From a virus, in the IMG/VR virus record IMGVR_UViG_3300044475_000063, positions 32,001-96,000 of that record: DNA of 64,000 nucleotides, one strand, 5' to 3'. The translations under genes and the position numbers were made by a program. A model generated the notes under the pieces. It saw nothing but the letters and a program-made list of their open reading frames with translations. It made no database searches and had not been told where the DNA came from. Shown here in pieces: positions 7,891-16,104 of the stretch (the first letter of the stretch is position 1; each line of letters starts with the position of its first letter).

Positions 7891-8400
7891 CTATATTTCT
7901 ATATCAGCCCAGCTTTTCCCAAGTTTTATCATGCTTACGGTCGAATGGTGAACATTGAAGAGTTTTCCTAGCTCTTTGTTCGACATTCTAATCATAGAGG
8001 CTAGCTTTATATATCTAGCCTCTTCTTTGGTTAAGATTGATCTAGGATTCAACTCGCCAAAAATAGGTCGGCATGGCGATCTGCCTTTTGAAACCATATC
8101 ATTTGAATTGTCTTGTGCAGTACCAAGAAAAAGATGATTTGGGTTGGTACAGATAGGGTTATCACATTTATGGCATACCATAAAATCACCCGGCTCTATA
8201 CCAAAATGCAAAGCATAAGAAATTCTATGCGCGAATACAGATTGTCCGCGCTTGCCAACATGGGCAAGCCTCGCGTATCCCTTTTTGTCTACGAAACCAT
8301 TCCAAGACCAGCAATTGTCTTGCTTGACAACCTTTGACAGGTATCTCTGTTCTATTTTTGACAGAGGATCATTGATAAGAGGTAAAATAAGAATAGCCAT
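7891..8400 (-). CDS. HNH homing-type endonuclease with C-terminal HTH
   Basis: CWxW...GYAR...HR..Y...CHKCDNP.C.NP.HL..GT...N motif. GGAG RBS before the ATG at 8400 (ORF-track start 8448). AT-rich. Absent from copy B. Confidence 0.8.
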   Translation of the reverse strand: MAILILPLINDPLSKIEQRYLSKVVKQDNCWSWNGFVDKKGYARLAHVGKRGQSVFAHRISYALHFGIEPGDFMVCHKCDNPICTNPNHLFLGTAQDNSNDMVSKGRSPCRPIFGELNPRSILTKEEARYIKLASMIRMSNKELGKLFNVHHSTVSMIKLGKSWADIEI

Positions 8401-8493
8401 GAAGACTCCATGAAAGTCATTTGTGGTTAAAAGCCAACACGTGTGCAACCACTGTTGGCTTTGTCATTCTAACTCAGATACAATGAATTTGTC

Positions 8494-8569
8494 GCGGGGA
8501 TAGCTCAGTTGGTAGAGTCTCTGATTTCCAATCAGATTGTCGTCGGTTCAAGCCCGATTCCCCGCTCCA
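8494..8569 (+). tRNA. tRNA-Gly (anticodon UCC)
   Basis: 76 nt hand-folded cloverleaf: 7-bp acceptor, GCTC/GAGT D-stem, TCTGA/TCAGA anticodon stem, loop TTTCCAA, T-loop TTCAAGC, encoded CCA. Confidence 0.85.
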
Positions 8570-8574
8570 AGAAT

Positions 8575-8708
8575 TAGCGAAGGCAGATAGCCATGAACAA
8601 AAGCGCGTGCGCAAGTAGTCATGCTGGCATACTGGAAGTAGCTAAAGCAAAGCCGCTAATGCGTTATTAGGAATTGCGCCACACAGTTCGGAAACTGCGG
8701 CATGTGGC
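8575..8708 (+). ncRNA. conserved structured RNA module M1 (unknown class)
   Basis: No ORF. Nucleotide-level conservation with 58540-58672. Helix GCCACA/TGTGGC encloses hairpin CAGTT-CGGA-AACTG. Confidence 0.4.
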
Positions 8709-8718
8709 AAGAATAGTT

Positions 8719-9001
8719 GGTCCGATACCGCAGGGGCGCTCGGGACAATAAACGCCCCAGCATAAGCGCCGCCCTCCTTTCCCCAGCTATCGCTAGTGGG
8801 CGCAACAAGTAATTAGGCGTGATTATGCAGAGCCAAGTACAAGGGCGCAGAGCGTGGAAGCCGCTAGTTGTTTGTCTCGCAAGAGACGCCACATAAAACC
8901 AGCCCGTGACGCCCTATTGCAGGGCATATGAGCGAACGAAGTAAGGGCGGCAGTCTTTGCATCTTAGTAGGCCAAGGAAACGTTGGTTGGTTTTATGTGG
9001 T
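8719..9001 (+). ncRNA. conserved structured RNA module M2 (unknown class)
   Basis: 5' two-thirds conserved with 59160-59330. 3' closing helix GCCACATAAAACCA/TGGTTTTATGTGGT corresponds to a different but still complementary helix in copy B. Confidence 0.45.
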
Positions 9002-9086
9002 GCAATGCTCGGGGATTTTTTTGTCTATTGCCTATCTAGAGTAGAATGTCAAGACAGAATTCACCATCACAGATTCAAGGCAAAAC

Positions 9087-9509
9087 ATGGCACTTACTCC
9101 AAAGCAAGCACTATTCGTCAAAGAATACCTAATCGACCTGAATGCAACTCAGGCCGCGATTCGTGCTGGTTATTCGGAAAAGACGGCTTACTCTATTGGT
9201 GAAGAAAACCTGAAGAAGCCTGAAATTGCAGAGGCGATTGCCGAGCATCAACAGGCCAAGGCAAAGAAGCTAGATATCACTGTTGATACGATACTTGCGG
9301 AGCTTGAGGAAGCGCGTCAATTGGCTCTAGAAACTGGTAAGGCTGGCCCAGCAGTTCAGGCTTCGATGGGTAAGGCAAAGATTTTAGGTTTGGAAAAGCA
9401 AGTCATCGATCATACATCTAGCGATGGCACTATGACGCCTAAAGCGCCTATCGTTGTTGACAAGGATACTGCTGCGCAGGTGGCGGCGAATATCAATGGT
9501 GGCATCTGA
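9087..9509 (+). CDS. terS: terminase small subunit (Terminase_2/P27-like)
   Basis: LTPKQALFVKEYLIDLNATQAAIRAGYSEKTAYSIGEENLKKPEI signature. Immediately upstream of TerL. Confidence 0.85.
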   Translation: MALTPKQALFVKEYLIDLNATQAAIRAGYSEKTAYSIGEENLKKPEIAEAIAEHQQAKAKKLDITVDTILAELEEARQLALETGKAGPAVQASMGKAKILGLEKQVIDHTSSDGTMTPKAPIVVDKDTAAQVAANINGGI

Positions 9510-10926
9510 CGACCCAGAGGTAATCAAGGCAGTAACTCGCGCACTATGCCTTGAGGATCACCTATTCTTTACTCGCTACTTCTTTAAGCTGCGCGAGGGG
9601 ATTAAATTCCGCGTCAACTGGCACCATAAGCGCATGGCTGAGGCTATCCAGCGCGTGATTGATGGGCATTGCAAGCGGCTAATCATCAATGTGCCTCCTG
9701 GCTCGTCTAAGACGGAAATGGCGGTTATTAACCTGATTGCGCGTGGGCTTGCGATTAATCCTCGTGCGCGCTTCCTGCACCTATCGTACTCTGCTGACCT
9801 TGCCGAACTGAATAGCGCCAAGGCAAAGGAGCTAATCACGTCCAGCGAGTATCAAGAGTTATTCACGATCCCGATTAAGACCGACTCCAAGGCGCGGGGC
9901 CGCTGGAACGTGGTTGATGAAAAAGGCGTGTCTATCGGCGGATGCTATGCGACCTCGACGCTTGGTCAGGTAACTGGCTTTCGTGCCGGTCACATGGCTG
10001 ATGGGTTTCAGGGCGCGATCATCATCGATGATCCATTAAAGCCTGTAGACAGCCTATCAAAGACCAAGCGCGATGCAGTCAACAATGCCTTTATCAATAC
10101 CGTGCAGAGCCGCAAGGCATCGCCTGATACTCCTATCATCGTCATCATGCAACGCCTCGCAGACGAGGATTTAACGGGCTTCCTGTTGAATGGCGGCGAC
10201 GGCAAAGAGTGGGAGCATGTTTGCATCCCAGCTATTGACGACGATTCCGGCAAGAGCTATTGGCCTGAGAAAGAGCCTATCGAATCGCTCTTGCAACTTA
10301 AGGAAAAGGGTAACTTCACCTTTGAGGGGCAGTACCAGCAGCGACCATATGTGCTAGGTGGTGAAATTATCAGGGGCGAATGGTTCGGGCGCTATAGCGA
10401 ACTGCCGCCGCAGAAATGGTGTGTGCAGCGCGCCGTATTCGCTGATACAGCCATGAAAACAGGCGAGCAGAACGACTACACGGTATTTATTGATGCCGCG
10501 CTCTATACCGATGGCAAGGTACGTATCCTTAACCTATGGCGCAAGAAAGTGAATGCCGTGGGCCTTCTTCAATTAGCCAAAGAGGTTTGGGCCTCGACAG
10601 AAGGGCTAGCTAGCGCCATGTACATTGAAGACAAGGCATCTGGCACCGGCCTAATCCAGCAGCTACAGGAAAACGACGTATTTATCCCGGTTATCCCAAT
10701 CGAGCGCACCAAAGACAAGCTAACCCGCGTCATGGAAGTGCAGCCAAGGATTCAGGCTGGCGGCGTTTTGCTGCCTACCTATGCGCCTTGGGTAACTGAG
10801 TTCATTAGCGAATGTGAGGCATTCACTGCAAACGATAGCCATAAACACGATGACCAAGTAGACCCGCTTGTAGATGCTGTAAATACGTTCATGGCTAACA
10901 GTTTCAACCTATCAGCCTTGGTTTAG
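9496..10926 (+). CDS. terL: terminase large subunit
   Basis: Walker-A-like VPPGSSKTE, IIIDDP Walker B, C-terminal nuclease region. Start at MVASDD overlapping the terS end. Unrelated to the copy B TerL. Confidence 0.85.
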   Translation: MVASDDPEVIKAVTRALCLEDHLFFTRYFFKLREGIKFRVNWHHKRMAEAIQRVIDGHCKRLIINVPPGSSKTEMAVINLIARGLAINPRARFLHLSYSADLAELNSAKAKELITSSEYQELFTIPIKTDSKARGRWNVVDEKGVSIGGCYATSTLGQVTGFRAGHMADGFQGAIIIDDPLKPVDSLSKTKRDAVNNAFINTVQSRKASPDTPIIVIMQRLADEDLTGFLLNGGDGKEWEHVCIPAIDDDSGKSYWPEKEPIESLLQLKEKGNFTFEGQYQQRPYVLGGEIIRGEWFGRYSELPPQKWCVQRAVFADTAMKTGEQNDYTVFIDAALYTDGKVRILNLWRKKVNAVGLLQLAKEVWASTEGLASAMYIEDKASGTGLIQQLQENDVFIPVIPIERTKDKLTRVMEVQPRIQAGGVLLPTYAPWVTEFISECEAFTANDSHKHDDQVDPLVDAVNTFMANSFNLSALV

Positions 10927-10945
10927 ATAAGAGAACATAAATAAA

Positions 10946-10963
10946 AACCCGCCGAAGCGGGTT
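10946..10963 (-). terminator. terminator of the reverse-strand cassette
   Basis: AACCCGC-CGAA-GCGGGTT hairpin. The T-run (TTTTTATTT) follows only on the minus strand. Confidence 0.65.
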
Positions 10964-10970
10964 GATTATG

Positions 10971-11345
10971 TTAGCCGTCGCCGGAGCCGTAGCCGTAGCC
11001 GGAGCCGTAGCCGTAGCCGGAGCCGGAGCCGTAGCCGTAGCCGGAGCCGGAGCCGTAGCTGTCGCCGGAGCCGTCGCCGTAGCCGGAGCCGTAGCCGGAG
11101 CCGTCGCCGGAGCCGGAGCCGTAGCCGTAGCCGGAGCCGGAGCCGTAGCTGTCGCCGGAGCCGTCGCCGTAGCCGGAGCCGTAGCCGGAGCCGTCGCCGG
11201 AGCCGTAGCCGGAGCCGTAGCCGGAGCCGGAGCCGTAGCTGTCGCCGGAGCCGTCGCCGGAGCCGTCGCCGGAGCCGTCGCCGGAGCCGTCGCCGGAGCC
11301 GTAGCCGTAGCCGGAGCCGTCAGTAAAAGTTTTATTGGTAGCCAT
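10971..11345 (-). CDS. (Gly-X)n repeat protein, X = Ser/Tyr/Asp (124 aa)
   Basis: MATNKTFTD then 115 aa with Gly at nearly every second position (57 of 115; the few exceptions are DSY motifs). AAGGA RBS 8 nt before the ATG. Overlaps the upstream gene end. Terminator downstream. Confidence 0.55.
   Translation of the reverse strand: MATNKTFTDGSGYGYGSGDGSGDGSGDGSGDGSGDSYGSGSGYGSGYGSGDGSGYGSGYGDGSGDSYGSGSGYGYGSGSGDGSGYGSGYGDGSGDSYGSGSGYGYGSGSGYGYGSGYGYGSGDG
10974..11318. repeat. hexanucleotide tandem array (GCC-GNN)n, 345 nt, with ~90-nt higher-order repeats
   Basis: Direct reading: gccgga/gccgta/gccgtc/gctgtc units without interruption. Open on both strands. Confidence 0.95.
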
Positions 11346-11706
11346 CAATGCTGTCCTTTGCAGCTTGGGTAGCTGGGATCAGTTCGCAGATGCCAGTCAG
11401 ATAAATTTCTGGGTTGACCACATCGACTTTCCCGCCGTCTTTTTTAAGGCCGTGTTGAGCAACGCCCGATAGCGCAACGCCGTCTTTAGCTTTCCACGAC
11501 CACAGGCGGCGCGAGTTTTTCAGAACTGCGGTATCGCCGTCAACGCTTACGACTTCGCCAGCATGCACACCAGCGGCATAGCAGCGTGCGATTACGTACT
11601 TGCCAACGAATGGATGAGGTAATACGGCTTGATATACTTGAGCCGACGCGCCAAACAAGGCGGCAAGTTCTTTAGCTTGGCCGATGGTGAGTTCGTTAAT
11701 GTTCAA
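11332..11706 (-). CDS. hypothetical protein (124 aa), partner of the repeat gene
   Basis: Reverse-strand ORF with aggagaag RBS. The RRLWSW motif is reminiscent of a phage DUF family. Absent from copy B. Confidence 0.6.
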   Translation of the reverse strand: MNINELTIGQAKELAALFGASAQVYQAVLPHPFVGKYVIARCYAAGVHAGEVVSVDGDTAVLKNSRRLWSWKAKDGVALSGVAQHGLKKDGGKVDVVNPEIYLTGICELIPATQAAKDSIDGYQ

Positions 11707-11841
11707 TTTACTTCTCCTATGGTTTTGCCTTTCGGCGTTGTGCTACGGATGACTAATGATAACTAAGGTTTCTCTATCTGTATATTTGAAATAAACTATA
11801 AAATACTAGAGTAAAATAGAGAAATACTATGAGGGGTTAAG

Positions 11842-13197
11842 ATGGGCCGACCATTGGGAAGTAAGAACAAGCCGAAAGAGCCGCAGCAGAATGTAGTTGT
11901 GACGGACGGGTACGCTGAGGCATTTACGGGAGCAGGAACAAATCGGGACCGTAGCAGCTACACGCGCATCGGGCGCACCGCCATGCTGCAACAGATGGAA
12001 TGTTCGCTACTGTACTTGGGTGATGGCTTTGCGCGCAAGATTGTGGACGTTCCAGCAGAGGAAATGACGCGCTCGGGCCTTGAGCTTGAGGATTTAGAGG
12101 ACGAGGAACTAGAGCAATTCGTCATGGCGCGTCTTGATGATCTGGACGCCATGCGGCACTTTAACGATGCGGTGGCGTGGTCTAGGTTGCACGGCGGCGC
12201 TGTGATGATCTTCGGCCTGAATGATGGCGGCACGCTTGATGTGCCTCTTAATCCCGAAGGGATCAAGAGCGTTGAATTTCTCCGAGTCTATGACCGCTGG
12301 CAAGCGACTATCCAGACCCGCGTGACCGATCCGAACAGCCCGGACTACGGCAAGCCGGACATCTGGCTCATTTCGCCGCTTGATGGTGCGCAACCGTACA
12401 AAGTGCATAACTCGCGCCTTTGGATGTTCGACGGCGACCGCATTCCAGACTTTGACCGCAATGCCAATCTCGGCTGGGGCGCATCGGCCCTGCAAGCCTG
12501 CCAAGATCAGCTTAAGCGCCTCGGCATGGGCCACCAATGGACGCTGGCGATTCTTGAGAGGGCGCAACAGGCAGTTCATAAGATTCCACGCCTCGGCCAA
12601 ACGCTGCAATCCCCAGGCGGCGAAGCAATGGTACGCAAGCGCGTGGACGTTGTAGACATGGTGCGCGGCATCCTGAATACGATTGTTGTAGACGGAGAAG
12701 AGGATTACCAAGTAACAACAGCTACGCTAACCGGCTATACGGACGTGCTAGACCGCTTTGCAGAGGCTTTGGCTGCTACTAGTGGCATCCCAGTATTTAA
12801 GCTGATGGAGCGCACGCAAGGGGGGTTGAGCAATACCGACAAGGGCGCTAGCGATGCTTGGTATGCTCGCATTGAGTCATGGTGGAATAATCTGCTTCGT
12901 AAGCCTCAAGACTTGCTAATCCAGTACATCATGATTTCTAAGAACGGCGAAGCGCCAGATTACAAGCTGTGCATGGCCCCGCTGTCGGTACTGAGCGCGA
13001 CTGAGCAAGCAGAGGTTGATTTGAAGAAAGCACAGGCATTGCAGGCTCGTGCAGATGCAGCTATTAAATTCATGACTGGTGGTGTTCTTGCGGCGGATGA
13101 TGTACGCCCTTCTATCGCGGAAGAATATGGTCTGAAAGAAGATAGCCAAGCGCCGGGGATTATTGAACCAGATGACGGCATGACAGAAAATGGCTAA
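11842..13197 (+). CDS. portal protein (DUF1073/HI1409-like)
   Basis: 451 aa after the terminase. Near-identical core to 62234-63592. Confidence 0.85.
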   Translation: MGRPLGSKNKPKEPQQNVVVTDGYAEAFTGAGTNRDRSSYTRIGRTAMLQQMECSLLYLGDGFARKIVDVPAEEMTRSGLELEDLEDEELEQFVMARLDDLDAMRHFNDAVAWSRLHGGAVMIFGLNDGGTLDVPLNPEGIKSVEFLRVYDRWQATIQTRVTDPNSPDYGKPDIWLISPLDGAQPYKVHNSRLWMFDGDRIPDFDRNANLGWGASALQACQDQLKRLGMGHQWTLAILERAQQAVHKIPRLGQTLQSPGGEAMVRKRVDVVDMVRGILNTIVVDGEEDYQVTTATLTGYTDVLDRFAEALAATSGIPVFKLMERTQGGLSNTDKGASDAWYARIESWWNNLLRKPQDLLIQYIMISKNGEAPDYKLCMAPLSVLSATEQAEVDLKKAQALQARADAAIKFMTGGVLAADDVRPSIAEEYGLKEDSQAPGIIEPDDGMTENG

Positions 13198-14203
13198 ACA
13201 ATGGTTATATCCTCATGCTCAAGAGAGGCAACTTGATAAAGCGATGCAGGCTTATGCACGTCAGGTGATGGCTGACGTTGATGCTGTTATAGTATCCAAC
13301 ATGGGTTACTTCATGTCGAAGGCTAAGCTTGATGCTGAATCTAGCGAAGAACCAGAAGAACAGGAGTCCTGGAGTGAAGAGCTAGCACTTTTAGTGGCTA
13401 TTCTTTTGACGCGATCTGCTAGCTATGATTTCTCAGCAATCTACACTGCTGGTAGAAACATTGCCGCATTTAATGATTATCAATTCAAATCAGTAATTAA
13501 TTCTGTATTAAACGTTGTTCCGCGAATAGCAGAGCCTTTTTTAAACGGAATTCTTTCTGATTGGTATAAAAAAACCACGGATTTAGTTAAAGACAAAGCT
13601 TCTGAATACATAAAGTCAGTAGAGGCAATTATTAGAAATCAGTCGGCAATTGAATCAACTCAAAAAGCAGCAAAAGAAGTAATAGCAAAGAGAAAAGAAG
13701 TTTTCTCAGGCAAAATGACATTCACTGCTATTAATGAAACAGGGATGCTGAACTCAATGCTGCAACGTAGCCGCTTGATGGCAATTGGAGCGCTGTCGTA
13801 CATCTGGACTACTCAACGGGACGAGCGAGTTAGGCCGCTTCACCAGCAAAGGCAAGGTAAGATGTTTTCATGGACTGTTCCTCCATCAGATGGGCATCCA
13901 GGTATGCCGATTCGTTGCCGATGCATCGCTACGCCAGTAATTGATTTCGATTTTGAAGGACAATTCCCAACTGATCCAGCAAAAGTTTTTGAGCTTCGGC
14001 AATATCGACGTGGAGTTTCAGAAAATCAGCGCCTAGAAAGAAATAAAGATTATGGCGCAGCATTTAGAAGTGGGAAATTGACGCCCGGGGAAATTATTTC
14101 TCTTAACAGAGATAAGACCTCTGCACGATCTGTTGTAAACTCCTTATTGACAAGCGGGCGACTCACCCAATCCCAACTAAACAATCTCTACAAGGATTTG
14201 TGA
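13190..14203 (+). CDS. head morphogenesis protein (Mu F / SPP1 gp7-like)
   Basis: RDERVRPLHQQRQGKMFSW...GHPGMPIRCRCIA motif. Follows the portal. Confidence 0.8.
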   Translation: MAKQWLYPHAQERQLDKAMQAYARQVMADVDAVIVSNMGYFMSKAKLDAESSEEPEEQESWSEELALLVAILLTRSASYDFSAIYTAGRNIAAFNDYQFKSVINSVLNVVPRIAEPFLNGILSDWYKKTTDLVKDKASEYIKSVEAIIRNQSAIESTQKAAKEVIAKRKEVFSGKMTFTAINETGMLNSMLQRSRLMAIGALSYIWTTQRDERVRPLHQQRQGKMFSWTVPPSDGHPGMPIRCRCIATPVIDFDFEGQFPTDPAKVFELRQYRRGVSENQRLERNKDYGAAFRSGKLTPGEIISLNRDKTSARSVVNSLLTSGRLTQSQLNNLYKDL

Positions 14204-14685
14204 TGGCTACTAGAGATAGAGACATGGGCTTAAAAAAAATACTGAATGGTATGCGTGTGCTGAAGCGTAAATCAATCACTATCGGCCTTCACGAAGATTT
14301 AGGAATTCATCCCGGAGAGCATAATTCAGAAGGTCTTACTCATGCTCAGATCGGGGCTATACAGGAGTTTGGCGCTACGAGGACATTCTTGGACGGACAT
14401 ACGATGGAGATTCCGTCTCGCCCATTCACAAGAGATTCTTTCGATAGAAACCTAGAAAATATATGGCGAGACATACAGAGGTCATTTGAGGCAGCAAAAC
14501 CAACTGGAAATTTTATACAAGCAATGTTTGATGTTGGCAAGCGTCATGCAGAATACCAGCGGAAAGTAATGGATGCTTGGTCTGATCCGCCAAATTCTGC
14601 GCGGACTATCAAGTACAAAAAGAAAAATGATCCGCTTGATTGGACTGGTGCAATGATCCATGCAGTAAAGGCAAAAATAGAATGA
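14200..14685 (+). CDS. HK97 gp10-like protein (first copy, tentative)
   Basis: IGAIQEFGAT...IPSRPF resembles the NEFGT...IPERSF motif of 22166-22624. Confidence 0.5.
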   Translation: MMATRDRDMGLKKILNGMRVLKRKSITIGLHEDLGIHPGEHNSEGLTHAQIGAIQEFGATRTFLDGHTMEIPSRPFTRDSFDRNLENIWRDIQRSFEAAKPTGNFIQAMFDVGKRHAEYQRKVMDAWSDPPNSARTIKYKKKNDPLDWTGAMIHAVKAKIE

Positions 14686-14888
14686 ATTGCGAAAAAGGAG
14701 ATATTGCTATAGTTACAGCAATCGGAGAATTGGAAGGCAAGGTAGTTATCCTTACTGATCTTATAAAAACCGAAAAGGGGTATGCTTGGAGATATGAGCC
14801 TCCCTTGCTAAAGCTTAAAAATGGCAACGAACAATCTAGCTTATTTGATAGCGCTTTAATGCCTGTAGAAATGAAATTTTCCAATTAG
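14682..14888 (+). CDS. hypothetical protein (68 aa)
   Basis: ATGA overlap with the previous gene. AT-rich. Confidence 0.45.
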   Translation: MNCEKGDIAIVTAIGELEGKVVILTDLIKTEKGYAWRYEPPLLKLKNGNEQSSLFDSALMPVEMKFSN

Positions 14889-14930
14889 GGCACTTCGATA
14901 GGCTATGATCGCCTTTGCAGAGTGGGCAGG

Positions 14931-15128
14931 TCATAACTTCACCACTTCTTCAAGATGAATAGTGGCCTGGAATCGATTTGGAACAAGCGCAGAAAAATAT
15001 GATGAATGCTCTTCAAACCTGATTTCCTTAATCATGTATGTTACGCCAACAATATCAATTAAGCCATTTGAATCGTAGACTTTTTTGTACGCCTCAAAGG
15101 TTTTGCGGTTGTTTGTGGTAATCATCAC
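14931..15128 (-). CDS. hypothetical protein (65 aa), last gene of the reverse-strand island
   Basis: Start overlaps the stop of 15125-15463. Confidence 0.5.
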   Translation of the reverse strand: MMITTNNRKTFEAYKKVYDSNGLIDIVGVTYMIKEIRFEEHSSYFSALVPNRFQATIHLEEVVKL

Positions 15129-15463
15129 GCTTCCCCAAAAAGGGCAGCGACCAGCGGGTCACGTTGCACACGCTCAGGAAGCAACTCACCCTGAACATTG
15201 CGCGGCTTCTTAAAGGTGTAGAACTGCACTTTTTGGCTATCGTCGCCAAGAATTCTCTTCTCGCCTTTAAAAATCCCCTCGGCTTGATAAAGACCACGGA
15301 ACAAGCTCGTGGCCTCCTGAATGCTCAAGCCTAGCTCTTTGGCTACATACTGTGGACAGCTTTCGCCGTCGCGCTCTATGATTTCCTCAACCTCGGCCAT
15401 GAGTTCTAACCGTGACTTCTTCGTAGCCGCCTGCAAAAACTTGATAGTGAGCGATTTAAGCAT
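15125..15463 (-). CDS. hypothetical protein (112 aa)
   Basis: Reverse-strand operon member. Confidence 0.55.
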   Translation of the reverse strand: MLKSLTIKFLQAATKKSRLELMAEVEEIIERDGESCPQYVAKELGLSIQEATSLFRGLYQAEGIFKGEKRILGDDSQKVQFYTFKKPRNVQGELLPERVQRDPLVAALFGEA

Positions 15464-15502
15464 TTTAAGTTCCGATGGTTGATTTGCATTAATCTATCAC
15501 AA

Positions 15503-15649
15503 TCAATGCTGGACTTTTTGAAAGCATTTCTTAGGGCCTTCCCAACTGCCGCCAGATTTTGAGCAATTAGCAATTTCCTTTTCGTTGGCAAGAAATACAA
15601 AGCTCAAGAACGCAACAAAGCATAGAATTGACAGAAAGAGGCGCATCAT
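15503..15649 (-). CDS. small secreted/membrane-anchored Cys-containing protein (48 aa)
   Basis: MMRLFLSILCFVAFLSFVFLA signal-like N-terminus. ATGA overlap with the upstream stop. Below the ORF-track cutoff. Confidence 0.45.
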   Translation of the reverse strand: MMRLFLSILCFVAFLSFVFLANEKEIANCSKSGGSWEGPKKCFQKVQH

Positions 15650-16104
15650 TCCTCCGTGTTGATTGGTTCTTGGCTTAGACCGCGCCAGAAAAGAAGATCA
15701 CTTTTCCACCAAGCATGTTTGCCCATAGACGATGCGCTATTCACATCATAAGCACCATACATGAAAGCAGCTCCATCCCAATAGCGATAGAACTCCTCGC
15801 CGCGATCTACAGTTGCTAGATACACCCCTTTTTTATTCCGATCAGGAAGCTCATTTACTCCATATCGCCAATCAGTTAGAGGAATCGCCGCATTGATTTC
15901 GTCCGCTACTTCGGAGAAGGATTTGACCTTAATTCCACTCATGCGAAGATTAAATGGCCCGTCAACGAAATAGACATAACCACGGCTTGAAATCATGCCG
16001 ATGTTGAATAATCCGCCATTGCGCAGCCCATAGAACTTAGCAATCCTCTCAGCGAAGCGAGTTTTGCCGTTGGGAACGCCGTATATGATTAGGGATGGTT
16101 TCAT
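15646..16104 (-). CDS. hypothetical protein with N-terminal Walker-A-like GVPNGKT
   Basis: MKPSLIIYGVPNGKTRF. ATGA overlap with the lipoprotein gene stop. Confidence 0.55.
   Translation of the reverse strand: MKPSLIIYGVPNGKTRFAERIAKFYGLRNGGLFNIGMISSRGYVYFVDGPFNLRMSGIKVKSFSEVADEINAAIPLTDWRYGVNELPDRNKKGVYLATVDRGEEFYRYWDGAAFMYGAYDVNSASSMGKHAWWKSDLLFWRGLSQEPINTEE

Noticed and set aside
8719-9001. tmRNA (including two-piece) interpretation of module M2, prompted by GCGTGGAAGCC and CTAGTTGTTTGT resembling E. coli ssrA segments and by the tRNA-like 3' end in copy B
   Set aside because: No plausible resume codon or tag ORF ending in hydrophobic residues exists in any frame. The candidate GCC CCA GCA TAA lies inside a helix. 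There is no G3-U70 pair. Copy A lacks the T-arm altogether.
8656-9202. ORF-track entries 8656-8892 (minus) and 8957-9202 (plus, TTG start) inside the RNA region
   Set aside because: No RBS is present. The frames are broken differently in the homologous copy B sequence (59279-59534), while the nucleotide sequence and helices are conserved. The second ORF overlaps the well-supported terS start.
10974-11318. Possible CRISPR array or other spacer-repeat structure
   Set aside because: The units are 6 nt with no spacers. It is a coding microsatellite-like array, not 25-40 nt repeats alternating with unique spacers. No cas genes are present in the window.
10962-11372. Plus-strand 136-aa ORF encoding (Ala-Val-Ala-Gly)n across the hexanucleotide array
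   Set aside because: It is the mirror frame of the repeat. It has no RBS, it starts inside the terminator hairpin, and it runs against the cassette terminator. The minus-strand frame has an RBS, couples to the upstream gene and has a downstream terminator.
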